Below are positions 53,230 through 63,960 of a stretch of 64,000 bases of DNA, in pieces. The notes beneath the pieces are model-generated. The model was not told the DNA's origin, did not search any database, and was given only the letters and a program-made list of their open reading frames with translations. Source of the DNA: Escherichia coli (GTDB taxonomy: Bacteria; Pseudomonadota; Gammaproteobacteria; Enterobacterales; Enterobacteriaceae). Within the stretch, counting starts at the first letter, position 1, and each line of letters begins with the position of its first letter. Position numbers and translations under genes: made by a program. Location of the stretch: the NCBI RefSeq assembly GCF_003991155.1, contig NZ_CP031294.1; one strand, written 5' to 3'.

Positions 53230-54099
53230 TTATTTTTTGATCATTCCGTACATTGCTGAGGCTTTAGCTTGCTCAACAAAGGAGGATAAATCGACATCAC
53301 TATAGGTTGGAGACTTCAGAATCTTTCCATCGGAAATTCGAAAACCGATCATCTTATCGGTGCCATCAGCATGGCGGAATCCCAGATCTGAAGAGTCGTA
53401 TTTGCAGTTGGCCACAGCCTGGCGACGTTCCTCAACATCAGCAGGCCATAATTTTGTCATGTTAGACCGATGAATTTCGCCAACCAGCTCGACGACATTG
53501 ATACCGAGGAAATCAGCCAGTCGATAAGTCATCATGCACGCCACATAGATTTTGTTCATTACACGGCGCAGTTCCTGAATCAGCTCAGAATCCTTAACAG
53601 TCTTCTTCTCAAGTTTATCTGCCAGCTCTTCGAGCATACATGACGCCTCACGAGCTTCCTGAAATGGCATTGCCATATCATCGAAAACAGTGTTACCGGG
53701 CACAAAAATTGTCTGCATAAAGCGATCAATGCTCTGTTCCTGCGTGTAATAGGTCATGCCGGTAGAAATACCACCTTTGATGGCGACCATCGTACCAACA
53801 CCAACGTATAAAAAGTCGGCCATTGCATCCAGCAGTTGCTCAATATCCCCATTCATTGCGGCTGGAATACCTTCCACTACAGCTTCTTCATGAATCAGGC
53901 TTGCACGGAGACGAAGCAGCTCTGGTGTCGGCATAACGCGTCTCGGATGCTGGAAGAGTTCATGAAACTGATCGACCATCTTGTAAATACTTTCAGTGGC
54001 TACACCATGGCCTTCATGCAACTCATATGGTTCTGGCTTAAATCCAATGAGTCGATCGGTGGCAAGTTTCAGGTGGTCAGTCAGTTTGGTAAAGTTCAT
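53230..54099 (-). CDS. MazG-like nucleotide pyrophosphohydrolase domain protein (candidate)
   Basis: EExxE...DxxD pattern (LIHEEAVVEG...DIEQLLDAMAD); start moved to ATG 54097-54099 with AAGGA RBS. Confidence 0.4.
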   Translation of the reverse strand: MNFTKLTDHLKLATDRLIGFKPEPYELHEGHGVATESIYKMVDQFHELFQHPRRVMPTPELLRLRASLIHEEAVVEGIPAAMNGDIEQLLDAMADFLYVGVGTMVAIKGGISTGMTYYTQEQSIDRFMQTIFVPGNTVFDDMAMPFQEAREASCMLEELADKLEKKTVKDSELIQELRRVMNKIYVACMMTYRLADFLGINVVELVGEIHRSNMTKLWPADVEERRQAVANCKYDSSDLGFRHADGTDKMIGFRISDGKILKSPTYSDVDLSSFVEQAKASAMYGMIKK

Positions 54100-54176
54100 G
54101 CTAGTTTTGTTCCTTCTTAATTCTTGTGATCCATTGTGGCCCAGCGTTGCCAGGCCACATAATGCTTTGTATCGGT

Positions 54177-55319
54177 TTACAGGTCTGCAAACTGGCTTAG
54201 AGAAGCCTTGTCCACGGTAGAATCGATCTGACCTACCAGATATGTGCTTTGCTCTGCCTCTTGTGGTGCAATTTGCAGTGTGTCGGTTAACAACCACTTG
54301 TTCATCCAGACCAGCGGATCAGTGGTAACTTCTGGAAATAAAGCCTTCAGGCCAAGACGATTCATAGCCAGATTGGTTCGGTATTTTACATAGGTCTTCA
54401 GAATATCCGCGTTTAAACCAATCATCGAACCGTCTTTGAAGAGATAGTCTGCCCAGTTCATTTCTTGTTCGGCGACTGATTTCATGGTGTCGTAAATGAC
54501 GTTTTCTTCATCAGCAGCAATCTCTTTCCACAATAAACCTTCGCGACCGGTACGCATGAAGCGGATCATGCGTTCAGTTCCTTCGCAATGCAGAGCTTCA
54601 TCACGGGCAATAAAGCGCATAATTTTGGTGTTACCCTCAAGCAACTTCCGTTCGCCAAAGGCAAACGTACATGCAAAACTTACATAGAAACGGATCGCCT
54701 CAAGCGCATTAATGGACACTAACGTGCGGAAAAGCTGACGGTGCAAAGGATATGGCTCCCAGCCATATTCATTTACGTACAGACGCTCAAATTCCTTCTC
54801 GCCTAACGACTGGCGATCGCAGGTCATCCCATAAAGCCTGTCATATTCAGCAGAGATACTGATGGCTCGGTTGATGATTTCTTCATCCGTAACAATACCG
54901 TCAAAAACAATACTCGGATCGTCCACCATGCCACGAATAATGTGGGTGTAGCTGCGGCTATGGATAGTCTCAGAGAAAGACCACGTTTCAACCCACGTTT
55001 CCAGTTCAGGAATAGAGATAAGCGGCAGCAGAGTTGCGTTTGGGCTACGTCCCTGAACTGAATCGAGCAACGTTTGATAACGGAGATTACTCAGGAAAAT
55101 GTGGCGTTCGTGGTCCCGCAGCTTCGTATTGAAGTCGATGCGATCGCTCGAAATATCAACTTCTTCCGGCCGCCAGAAGAAAGACAATTGACGTTCAATC
55201 AACTTTTCAAAATCACGGTATTTTTGTTGATCGTAACGAGCCACGTTGACAGATTGTCCGAGGAACATAGGCTCTTTGGTTGCATCATTAGCACCCAAAC
55301 GGAACGTTGAATATGACAT
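54177..55319 (-). CDS. nrdB: ribonucleotide reductase class Ia beta subunit
   Basis: 380 aa, strongly similar to E. coli NrdB ([20 protein letters not shown]..., C-terminal YLVGQIDS). Confidence 0.95.
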   Translation of the reverse strand: MSYSTFRLGANDATKEPMFLGQSVNVARYDQQKYRDFEKLIERQLSFFWRPEEVDISSDRIDFNTKLRDHERHIFLSNLRYQTLLDSVQGRSPNATLLPLISIPELETWVETWSFSETIHSRSYTHIIRGMVDDPSIVFDGIVTDEEIINRAISISAEYDRLYGMTCDRQSLGEKEFERLYVNEYGWEPYPLHRQLFRTLVSINALEAIRFYVSFACTFAFGERKLLEGNTKIMRFIARDEALHCEGTERMIRFMRTGREGLLWKEIAADEENVIYDTMKSVAEQEMNWADYLFKDGSMIGLNADILKTYVKYRTNLAMNRLGLKALFPEVTTDPLVWMNKWLLTDTLQIAPQEAEQSTYLVGQIDSTVDKASLSQFADL

Positions 55320-55425
55320 GTGTTTTTCCTTTTTCTTTTTTGGTGCGTTTAAACAGGTTGTTATCTTATGTGTTTAAACAAGGCTTACAAATCAAAGAGA
55401 AGGTGGGGATATCCCCCACCATATG

Positions 55426-57741
55426 TCAGATTTTGCAGGCTCCGTCGCACTCATCTTCTGGCTCGACGGCTACAGCTTGCGTCAGTGGATTCTGCGGTTC
55501 GTCGTCATCACGCTTTCCTGCCCCATCTCTGGTGTTGTGGTAGTAAAGCGTTTTAACTCCCATCTTGTAGGCGAGAAGCAAATCTGACAGTAGCGTCATC
55601 ATTGGGACTTTATCGCCTTCAAAGCGAGAAGGGTCATAGTTGGTATTGGCTGAAATAGCCTGGTCAAAGAACTTCTGGATGATCGCCACCTTTGTCAGAT
55701 AGCCGCGGTTGTCCGGCATATCCCACAGGTATTCATACTGTTCCTTCAGTTTTTCAAACTCAGGCACGACCATCTTAACGATGCCGTCCTTAGAAGATTT
55801 CACCGACACCGGTCCACGAGGCGGTTCGATGCCGTTGGTGGAATTAGTGATCTGGCTGGAAGTCTCGCATGGCATTTGTGCCGTCAGTGTGGAGTTGCGA
55901 AGGCCGTATTTTGCAATACGTTCACGCAGTTCTTCCCACGGCATCTTTAACTCAAAGTTGGTTTCGCCACTTTCGTCTAATGAAGAACGGTAATGGTCGA
56001 TCGGCAACTGACCAATTGCGTACTTGGTCTGCTCAAACCAGTCACACTCACCTTTTGCTTCAGCAAGTCGGCAGCTGGCATCAAGAAGGTAATACTGGAT
56101 AGCTTCGAACGTTTCATGCACCAGTTTATTGCCAGCGGTATCAGAATAACGAACGCCATTCTTTGCCAGGTAATAAGCAAAGTTGGTTACACCAATTCCC
56201 AAGCTACGACGAGCTTTGGCAGGCACTTCGGCTGCCTCCATCGGATAGTCTTGATAATCCAGTAACGAATCCAGTGCAGCAACGGCATAGAACGCCACCT
56301 CTTTAAGAGACTCCAGTGAACGGATGGCTCCGAGGTTAAAAGCGGATAAAGTGCATAGCGCGATCTCACCGTTCGGGTCGTCGGTAAATGCCAGTGGACG
56401 AGTGGGTAGAGTGATCTCCATGCACAGGTTTGACTGGCGAACAGGTGCAAGAGCAGGAATGAAAGCGCCATGCTCGTTAATATGATCGACGTTCGCAATA
56501 TAAATTCGGCCCGTGGACGCTCGTTCCTGCATCAGAGATGAGAACAGCTCAATGGCAGGTACTGACTTCTTGCGAATTGAATCATCGGCTTCGTATTTAT
56601 GGTACAGCTTTTCAAACAGATCCTGGTCTGTGAAGAAGGCTTCGTACATATCAGGCACATCATGCGGGCTGAACAGAGTGATGTTCTCGCTTCTGACGAG
56701 TCGACGGTACATTAGACGGTTACTCATGACGCCGTAATCAAGATGGCGAACGCGGTTTTCATCAATACCACGGTTATTTTTCACCACCAGCAGACTTTCA
56801 ACTTCAAGATGCCAGATCGGGTAAAACGCTGTTGCTGCGCCACCACGAACACCACCTTGCGAGCAAGATTTAACAGCAGTCTGGAAATGCTTCAGGAATG
56901 GAATAACTCCGGTATGGGTGGCTTCACCATTGCGGATCTCACTGCCCAGCGCACGGATACGGCCAAAACCAATACCAATTCCAGCACGACGTGAAACGTA
57001 GTCGATAATTGCGGCTGAAGCTGCACTAATCCCTTTCAGACTATCGCCAGACTCAATCAGCACACAACTGGAGAACTGACGGGTTGGAGTACGGACGCCG
57101 GCCATGATTGGTGTGGGCAGAGACAGTTTGAACGTACTTGTAACGTCATAGAAACCTTTGACCATCTCCATACGTGTTTTGCCCGCGCAGTCGTCTTCCC
57201 AATTCTGGAACAGACACATGCCCACCAGCATATAGATATGTTGCGGGCCTTCGTGAATCTCACCAGTAACACGGTTTTGAACGAGGTATTTGCTTTGCAA
57301 CTGCACCGTAGCTGCATAGCCAAAAAGATCGTCACGTTTAGGCTTAATGTAATTGCCGAGTTCTTCGATCTCTTCAAATGAATAATGTGTCAGCAAATCC
57401 TTGTCATAAACGCCCTTGTTAACGTTCTTGACAATGTGTTGGTAGAAGTTCGGATAGTCGTAACGACCGAAGGCATCTTTGCGGATTTTAAAAATGTTCA
57501 GGCGGGCAGCCACCTGCGAGTAATTTGGTGCATCTGGTGAGATCAAATCAGCGGCAGATTTAACCAAAGCCTCATGCAACTGGCTGGTGGTAATCCCATC
57601 AAAAATGCTGGCCGCAGCTCCCATTGCTACAGCGGATGCGCTTACACCTCGAATGCCTTCTACGCCATACATTACGACGCGGTTGTATTTTTCTTCGGAT
57701 AACGGCTCTGTTTGGCCGTTACGTTTTACGATGCTTATCAT
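55426..57741 (-). CDS. nrdA: ribonucleotide reductase class Ia alpha subunit
   Basis: 771 aa, ATP-cone N-terminus, SLPTPIMAGVRTPTRQFSSCVLIE, NLCMEI, C-terminal CxxxxC tail. Confidence 0.95.
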   Translation of the reverse strand: MISIVKRNGQTEPLSEEKYNRVVMYGVEGIRGVSASAVAMGAAASIFDGITTSQLHEALVKSAADLISPDAPNYSQVAARLNIFKIRKDAFGRYDYPNFYQHIVKNVNKGVYDKDLLTHYSFEEIEELGNYIKPKRDDLFGYAATVQLQSKYLVQNRVTGEIHEGPQHIYMLVGMCLFQNWEDDCAGKTRMEMVKGFYDVTSTFKLSLPTPIMAGVRTPTRQFSSCVLIESGDSLKGISAASAAIIDYVSRRAGIGIGFGRIRALGSEIRNGEATHTGVIPFLKHFQTAVKSCSQGGVRGGAATAFYPIWHLEVESLLVVKNNRGIDENRVRHLDYGVMSNRLMYRRLVRSENITLFSPHDVPDMYEAFFTDQDLFEKLYHKYEADDSIRKKSVPAIELFSSLMQERASTGRIYIANVDHINEHGAFIPALAPVRQSNLCMEITLPTRPLAFTDDPNGEIALCTLSAFNLGAIRSLESLKEVAFYAVAALDSLLDYQDYPMEAAEVPAKARRSLGIGVTNFAYYLAKNGVRYSDTAGNKLVHETFEAIQYYLLDASCRLAEAKGECDWFEQTKYAIGQLPIDHYRSSLDESGETNFELKMPWEELRERIAKYGLRNSTLTAQMPCETSSQITNSTNGIEPPRGPVSVKSSKDGIVKMVVPEFEKLKEQYEYLWDMPDNRGYLTKVAIIQKFFDQAISANTNYDPSRFEGDKVPMMTLLSDLLLAYKMGVKTLYYHNTRDGAGKRDDDEPQNPLTQAVAVEPEDECDGACKI

Positions 57742-57756
57742 GTATCACCAAATAAA

Positions 57757-57782
57757 GAGGGCCACTATATTTAGTGGCCCAT
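57757..57782 (-). terminator. hairpin terminator candidate between resolvase-like gene and nrdA
   Basis: gggccacta-aatat-agtggccc followed by T-rich run on minus strand. Confidence 0.45.
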
Positions 57783-57814
57783 GTTAATAGATAAGCACTT
57801 ACCTATCAATGAGA

Positions 57815-58384
57815 TCAAATGAGAGACTTGAGAACATCGCGCACCTGGCGAAACTGATCTGTTTGCATACCGGTATGGATGGCAGCCACCGCATCAGCCA
57901 AATGTTCGTTTTTGTTCACGAGAACATCCTGTCCAGATTGCTTACGACGCAGCCACGGTGCTTTAGGGTGTTTTTTCGTAGCCCACTGGATAATCTCTTC
58001 TTTCGATGTAGTAAGTTTATTGCCAACAAAATGCTTGATTTCGTTTGGAGTGACCTGGATCAATGGCTTATCCACACACGCAAGTACACCGATACAAATA
58101 CCGTAAGACGTCTGCGAACGAGAGTTTTGGCTTCCAACCGGTAGTTCACAAAAAACCATATTCGCCTTATCAATGATTGGCTTCGCAACACGCCATATTT
58201 CACTGGCACGGCGCAGATCGTCACTGTTCACACGAACGGTCTTTTTGTTACTCCCCGCTTTAGTCTCAACAAGAGTAAGGCCGTGAATCTCAAGTTCGTC
58301 CGTTTCAAGGTCTAAAGTGCCCACAGCAAGCCCAAAGTTGCTCATAGAGGGATCAACACCAACTACGCTGATTTTTTTACTCAT
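57815..58384 (-). CDS. RuvC-like Holliday junction resolvase (candidate)
   Basis: N-terminal VVGVDPS and downstream acidic residues in RuvC-like spacing; 189 aa. Confidence 0.5.
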   Translation of the reverse strand: MSKKISVVGVDPSMSNFGLAVGTLDLETDELEIHGLTLVETKAGSNKKTVRVNSDDLRRASEIWRVAKPIIDKANMVFCELPVGSQNSRSQTSYGICIGVLACVDKPLIQVTPNEIKHFVGNKLTTSKEEIIQWATKKHPKAPWLRRKQSGQDVLVNKNEHLADAVAAIHTGMQTDQFRQVRDVLKSLI

Positions 58385-58393
58385 ATAGTCTCC

Positions 58394-59137
58394 TTACCAT
58401 GTTCCCCATAGAGGGTTTTCCAATAATCTCGCCTCCAACGAATTGGTTACTATTGCCGTTTGCAACGTTGGTTGGGGATAGTTTGCAAAGTCTGAATACT
58501 CATTTTCCTGCGTGACACGTTTATCTACGGCATGTTTAACGCCACTTGCTATGAAATGACGCATGATGCCCAACAGCCTCCGACTGTCTGCACTATCGTT
58601 TGCTAAAACATGAGGGAGCTGAAGTTCGATTTCTACCATTTCTCCATACTTACCAACAAACTGTAGTTTGTCCGCACTGTACTTTTTATCCCTCCTTTGG
58701 ATAAGGAAACCAGTAAAAGCATCACCTGGCGATGCCAAACTATCCACCCGCTTATTGGCAAGTCGAATAAGGTTCGTGAAAGCCATACAGTGATGCGCAC
58801 CCATTCCCCCAAAGAACCCTTCGCTATTAATGTTAAGATCTTCAGTTTCATGGGATGCAATAAATCCAGGCCCGACGTTGGGAAGATATCCCCCCTCAAC
58901 AAAAGGATTAATCAGGATCGGCGCAATACATCCAGGTGGTAGTGATTTCAAACTTTGCATCAATGGTGTCTCGGATATTAGACCAAGCAACGCGGCGAAT
59001 TGTACTCCGTCAATATTGTTGCTGCCCCACAGAATACGTGGAGCCGAACCATTGGAAGTATGCCCATTGATCAGTTTTATCGACTGCATCACTGCAAATA
59101 CCTGCAAAAACTGCGAGCGGCTTAATTTAAACGACAT
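58394..59137 (-). CDS. hypothetical protein
   Basis: 247-aa ORF overlapping SbcC-like gene start by 11 bp. Confidence 0.4.
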   Translation of the reverse strand: MSFKLSRSQFLQVFAVMQSIKLINGHTSNGSAPRILWGSNNIDGVQFAALLGLISETPLMQSLKSLPPGCIAPILINPFVEGGYLPNVGPGFIASHETEDLNINSEGFFGGMGAHHCMAFTNLIRLANKRVDSLASPGDAFTGFLIQRRDKKYSADKLQFVGKYGEMVEIELQLPHVLANDSADSRRLLGIMRHFIASGVKHAVDKRVTQENEYSDFANYPQPTLQTAIVTNSLEARLLENPLWGTW

Positions 59138-61043
59138 AGCTGCGCCCCTCTTTAACTTCCAGCGTAATAGTTTCCCGGAACCATGACTTCATCTCTTTAT
59201 GGGAGATAATCAGCACAGTACCTCGCTCGCGAGCTTTGGACTCCAGAATACCCATGAGGCGTTCAAGACCGGCTGTATCGAGTGCATCGTCAATTTCGTC
59301 GCCGATAAACAAATCGATGTTTTTACTCGCCCGGTTACTAACCAGATCCTGCAATGCCAAAGAACACGCAATGCGAACCTTCCGCTTCTCACCACCAGAG
59401 AGGGTTTGGAACGACTTACTTGAACCTTTCTTCTGCACACTAATGTTGAATATGTCGCGATACTCACCTTTTTTAGTGGTATCCATCGTCGACCACTCAG
59501 CAGTAATATTCCCGTCAGACAACGTATTGAGATACTCGGCAGTGCGTGTATTCAGGAAAGGCGTAACAGACGTCAAAATATGAGAACGCACCCCGGCAGG
59601 AGAGTAGACCTGACGAGCTTTTTCCAATAGCAACGTTTGTTCCTGAATAGCCTTCAACTCATCTTTTAAGGACTTGAAGGTAGACTTACTGGATACCAGG
59701 TTATCTTCGTGTCTGGCGATAAGAGCAATAAACGGATTAATCTCTTTTGATATACGATCGACCTCAGTACGAGCACGAGTCACAAGAGACTCAATAGCAA
59801 CAACCTCCTTCTCACGATGACGCAAAGATGAGAGTTGTTTCGTAAGCTCTTCAATCCGGGCAATGATAGCCGTTACATCAGGTGTCGTTTTAACAAGGGC
59901 AGACTCAATGCTTAACGCTTTCTCAAGATTCGTTTTGTGTTTAGCCATTGCCTCTGCAAGTGTCTTCGCCTGACCAATTTCCTGACGTGCTTGTTCAATG
60001 AAATTCTCCTTCACCGTTGATAGATCTTCTTCGCAGTAGGCTTTGCCACAAGTAGGGCATGGTGATCCCACTTTAGTACCAACCTCTTCTGCTTTGGTCT
60101 TAAAATTACGCGCGCGGTTCATTGCATCAGCCTGACTATTTTCTGTAGCTTTGATGCTTGCCCGAATATCAGTTATCGCACCACGAACTTTGAGCAACTT
60201 GGCGTCATGTTCTTCTTTTGAGGCTAACTTTTTGCGCTCACTTTCGATTGCCTTCTCGGTATCACGTATCTGTTCGGGAAGAGTGCGGATCTCAAGTTCA
60301 ACTTCCGTTAACTCAACTTCGGCACTGGCCAGCCCAGCCAGGGCATCGTCATAACGTTTAGAACGCTCTTGCTCCCATGATTCAGAGGAGGCTTTCGCTG
60401 ACTCAATTTCTGACTGTGTTGCCTCAATGGTCGAGATTGTCGACTCCAATTTGGTTTTAACCACATCCATACGTGCGGCAGCTGCATTAGCTCGCTCACG
60501 AGCAATAGCGTAGGCGCGTGTCAGTCTGTCAACGCCAGCGGCTTCTTCTACGATGGTTTTGAGGTTTTTGTCGGACATTCCAGGTAAATCTGGCATAGCT
60601 TCTTGGCTCGCATAGATGGAAGCCATGAAAACCTCTTTAGATGCACCGATCAGACGCTCGACGAACTCCTGCGTCAGCGCATCTTTGCCTTTCGTCATAT
60701 CGCCATCTTCACCACGAACGATAAGACGATTTTTGAACTCTTTGTGTTTACGGTGACGAATGATTGCGTATCTCTTGCCTTCATCCTCGATGGTTACTGC
60801 AACACGACAGTTCTTTTCATGGTCGGTAGACAACACATCGTCACCCTTCACACCATGAGCTGTTTCGCCATAAAGACACCACATCAGGCTATTCATTAGA
60901 GTTGACTTTCCAGAGCCATTACTTGATGCGGAACTATCATCACTATTAACACCCTGAATGAGCACTAAACCACGCTGATCTAACTCGACCTCCGCGCTGG
61001 CGATAGCCATAAAATTCTCAACCTGGAGCTTTAAAAACTTCAT
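59127..61043 (-). CDS. SbcC/Rad50-like recombination ATPase
   Basis: N-terminal Walker A GVNSDDSSASSNGSGKST, central coiled coil with CPTCGK zinc hook, C-terminal signature/Walker B region. Confidence 0.8.
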   Translation of the reverse strand: MKFLKLQVENFMAIASAEVELDQRGLVLIQGVNSDDSSASSNGSGKSTLMNSLMWCLYGETAHGVKGDDVLSTDHEKNCRVAVTIEDEGKRYAIIRHRKHKEFKNRLIVRGEDGDMTKGKDALTQEFVERLIGASKEVFMASIYASQEAMPDLPGMSDKNLKTIVEEAAGVDRLTRAYAIARERANAAAARMDVVKTKLESTISTIEATQSEIESAKASSESWEQERSKRYDDALAGLASAEVELTEVELEIRTLPEQIRDTEKAIESERKKLASKEEHDAKLLKVRGAITDIRASIKATENSQADAMNRARNFKTKAEEVGTKVGSPCPTCGKAYCEEDLSTVKENFIEQARQEIGQAKTLAEAMAKHKTNLEKALSIESALVKTTPDVTAIIARIEELTKQLSSLRHREKEVVAIESLVTRARTEVDRISKEINPFIALIARHEDNLVSSKSTFKSLKDELKAIQEQTLLLEKARQVYSPAGVRSHILTSVTPFLNTRTAEYLNTLSDGNITAEWSTMDTTKKGEYRDIFNISVQKKGSSKSFQTLSGGEKRKVRIACSLALQDLVSNRASKNIDLFIGDEIDDALDTAGLERLMGILESKARERGTVLIISHKEMKSWFRETITLEVKEGRSYVV

Positions 61044-61272
61044 ATAACACCTCTGATACCGTGTGTTAGCTTTTGGCCTTCTTTCAATCTGAACTCCGTA
61101 TGCGCCGGGAAGGATCTGCGCCTCAATACGCCTTTTCTTGTTAACCTTCCAAGATAAAACGCTACGGGATTTCCTTGTGGCGGGTAGGGCTTGTGAAACA
61201 TCACCGTCTGGCCTCGTTCAAGTCTTTTCATCGTGATGGCAAAGTCTCGAAAGCTCCCATAACGACTTTGCT

Positions 61273-62358
61273 TCACACAGCCTCCGAACTCTCCGCTTCG
61301 GTGAGGATTTCCTGACACAAAATATCCAACTTGCTCAGATCAAATCCGCCGTCAGTATCGTGGACAATCTTGCAATAAGCAGATACCGACTCTCCCAAGC
61401 TATCGATTTTGCTGGTTTCCGTTGTGCTTGCTGTCCCTTCCATCATTGATGACTTACGGATGAAGTTGCACACGACACCTTTTGCGCCCATTGTTTTGAG
61501 GATATTCTGGTACTTAATGCCTTCTTCATCGTTCTCAATTACGGCGCGGAAACGCACGTAGTTGCCGCGAATTTGGTCATCGGCAACATAATCTTCCAGG
61601 TTAATGAATTTAGGCGCACTGGTTTCGTAGTGACTGAAACTGCCGTCCGGGTTTACGATCATGTAACCAGCCAGAGATCCAACATCTCCCCAATTTTGAT
61701 GGGTCAGTGCACCGACACTGATAACTCCAGGAATGACCTCTTTGTGGTTGTGGTAATGCCCACTAAGCACGAGACGAAAGCCGATATCCTTTAACTCCTG
61801 CGCATCGATACCGACGTCAGGCATTGTTGGAATGGCTTTGTTAATGGATGTATGGATAACAACGTCATGATTATCACCTTCTACGCTCTTACGTAATGCT
61901 TTCAGATCGCTGATAAGCTCCGCATGATTGTTACGCCAGCTAATCAGGTGGACAGTCACATCACCAATTTTTATTGAGTGTGGGCGCTTGCCACATACGA
62001 TTACCACGCCGATAGAACTCAGCGATGCTGCTGCGTTGGCGCTATATACTGAATCGTTGGTTTCAAGATCGTGATTACCGGCCAGCATTACTACTGTCAG
62101 ATCAAGCTCGTTGATAATCCACTTGTACGTTTCAGTTACGTAATGCAAAACAGAAGGGGACACAGTTCCTCGGACGTGAAATGTATCACCGGCAACCAAC
62201 ATGTACTTACAACCGGCCTTCTTCATGGCGATGGCTGCTTCTTTCGTTGCTTCCAACTGTATTTCAAGTCTGGAGTTAAGCCCCTCAGCGTTCGTCGTGG
62301 AGAACGCATCCCATTTGTGGTAGTGGCAGTCAGAAATGACGCCGTATGGCAAAGTCAT
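61273..62358 (-). CDS. SbcD/Mre11-like nuclease
   Basis: Calcineurin-like phosphoesterase motifs (SDCHYH, AGDTFH, GNHD). Confidence 0.8.
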   Translation of the reverse strand: MTLPYGVISDCHYHKWDAFSTTNAEGLNSRLEIQLEATKEAAIAMKKAGCKYMLVAGDTFHVRGTVSPSVLHYVTETYKWIINELDLTVVMLAGNHDLETNDSVYSANAAASLSSIGVVIVCGKRPHSIKIGDVTVHLISWRNNHAELISDLKALRKSVEGDNHDVVIHTSINKAIPTMPDVGIDAQELKDIGFRLVLSGHYHNHKEVIPGVISVGALTHQNWGDVGSLAGYMIVNPDGSFSHYETSAPKFINLEDYVADDQIRGNYVRFRAVIENDEEGIKYQNILKTMGAKGVVCNFIRKSSMMEGTASTTETSKIDSLGESVSAYCKIVHDTDGGFDLSKLDILCQEILTEAESSEAV

Positions 62359-62612
62359 GTGTTTTTCCTTTGTGGTTATTTTGATACAAATTCTAAGAGC
62401 AATGAGGAGGTAAACAACTATGCATAACGGTATGTTAGGAATGAAACGAGCGCCTTAATATACAAAATATATAAGTAAGTATATACCTATTTATCGTGGC
62501 GCAACTTTGCTTGTCTGTATGACTAAAAATAAGACAGGATCACTGTAGAACGCTATGAGAGCTATTTTGAGGGGGCGTAGATTCTATCTACGCCAATATA
62601 CGATCTGGAGGG

Positions 62613-63257
62613 TTACAGCGCGTCAGTGGGCTTTTTACGCGCTGCATTTATGCTTATGACGCCAGCTTTAGGACGTGGATCGACAAGGTTCAGTTCTTCT
62701 TCGCTATGGTATTCAAGGTCGAACTCACGTTTTACATGTCTGATGTAGATTGCAGTGAGCAGGCTATCTTTGGTCAGGAAGTGTCCGTAGGATTTGCGGA
62801 TCACTTCTTCAACCTTCTCGATTTTCTCACCACCCATGCAGAGGTGATTAAACCAGCTGTGTTTCCGCAACATCTCGTCAACTGGGCCTGAGTAAACCTT
62901 GTCTACTTTCCCAAAACGAATGATTTTTCCTGTATCTGCGGATACAAGGCAAATCAGTTTGTCTGGTGATAAACGATCTCGCCACGTTACTCCTGAACGG
63001 AGTGTGTTGAAGTAGGGCGCATCCAATCCGATGATCGGTTTACGAAATGCGAGCAATGGAACGTACCTGATACAACTATTCAAATGAAAGTTCACACCAG
63101 CCTTATCAAGTTTAATTCTGGTTTCGTAGATCGGGCACTTCGCCGCTATACCGCAGATATCACAAAGTAACTTCTGCTTATTCAGGTTGGAATTTGATTC
63201 GATAGTGTAGGAGCCGTCCTCAAGACGACGAACCCAGCGCGTGCGTTTTAGATCCAT
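62613..63257 (-). CDS. hypothetical protein adjacent to iteron origin (Cys-rich N-terminus)
   Basis: 214-aa ORF; CDICG...C motif; start 50-200 bp from iteron array 1. Confidence 0.4.
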   Translation of the reverse strand: MDLKRTRWVRRLEDGSYTIESNSNLNKQKLLCDICGIAAKCPIYETRIKLDKAGVNFHLNSCIRYVPLLAFRKPIIGLDAPYFNTLRSGVTWRDRLSPDKLICLVSADTGKIIRFGKVDKVYSGPVDEMLRKHSWFNHLCMGGEKIEKVEEVIRKSYGHFLTKDSLLTAIYIRHVKREFDLEYHSEEELNLVDPRPKAGVISINAARKKPTDAL

Positions 63258-63354
63258 AATCGTTTTTTCAGTAGTTATTGGCCGATGCTACGATAACTCA
63301 TTAGGCATACCTTAATCTGCATTTGCCTGTTTTACTTATCCCAGTTATCCACTG

Positions 63355-63430
63355 GATAGATCCAAATAAGAGATCCCAAGTAAGATCAAATAGAAGATCC
63401 AAAGAGATCCCCGATCGCCTCTAGCCGTTG
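63355..63430. promoter_or_regulatory. DnaA-box-like site plus cluster of six GATC sites
   Basis: ttatccact followed by agatcc/agatccc/agatca/agatcc/agatcccc/cgatcg within ~65 bp. Confidence 0.6.
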
Positions 63431-63454
63431 CGGTTACTGGTCTGAAAGGGTGTT

Positions 63455-63568
63455 GCCATCCACTATGGAGAGCAAAGAAACCTCTGTAGAGAGCTGAATA
63501 ACCGCTATGAAGAGTAAAACAACCACTCTGGAGAGCTGTATATATCCACTGTAGAGAGTAGAGCACAT
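63455..63568. repeat. iteron array 1 (five ~22-bp direct repeats, core CCACTNTAGAGAG)
   Basis: atccactatggagag, cctctgtagagag, ccgctatgaagag, ccactctggagag, ccactgtagagag at ~22-bp spacing. Confidence 0.8.
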
Positions 63569-63716
63569 TGTCTTTTATGGATAACTTAATGACTTAATTC
63601 TTCATTAACATACTGATATACATAGATATATTTTAAACTCTACTCTTAGTCATGATTCTTATGTCCTTAAATATCCACAGAAGAGTAGAGTTACCTGTTC
63701 TTGAAATCCTCTGATT

Positions 63717-63725
63717 TTTATCCAC
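63717..63725. promoter_or_regulatory. consensus DnaA box TTATCCACA
   Basis: Exact 9-mer read in sequence, preceding GATC-containing repeats and iteron array 2. Confidence 0.6.
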
Positions 63726-63837
63726 AGGCCCGATCCAGTAATTCAGATCACAAAGAGAACCAAAGAGACCCATAAAGACCCAATAAGATCCCCGCCCACC
63801 TCAAACCGTTGTGCCATCTGCCTTCAGACATGATCGA

Positions 63838-63960
63838 TATCCACTATAGAGAGCGAATAATCCACTATAGGGAGCAAAGCAACCACTATAGAGAGGAGAA
63901 AAACCACTATAGACGGTAGGATAACCGCTGTGATGAGTGCTACTATCCACTGTAATCAGC
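63838..63960. repeat. iteron array 2 (six ~21-bp direct repeats, core CCACTATAGAGAG)
   Basis: ccactatagagag, ccactatagggag, ccactatagagag, ccactatagacgg, ccgctgtgatgag, ccactgtaatcag. Confidence 0.8.

Noticed and set aside
61040-61318. 92-aa ORF in the 230-bp gap between SbcD-like and SbcC-like genes
   Set aside because: Overlaps SbcD 3' end, basic low-complexity translation, no clear RBS; the gap may hold regulatory sequence instead.
63838-63900. T7/SP6-type phage RNA polymerase promoters (ccactatagggag resembles CACTATAGGGAGA)
   Set aside because: Only the 3' half of the promoter consensus is matched, the motif is tandemly repeated like an iteron, and no single-subunit RNA polymerase gene is present.
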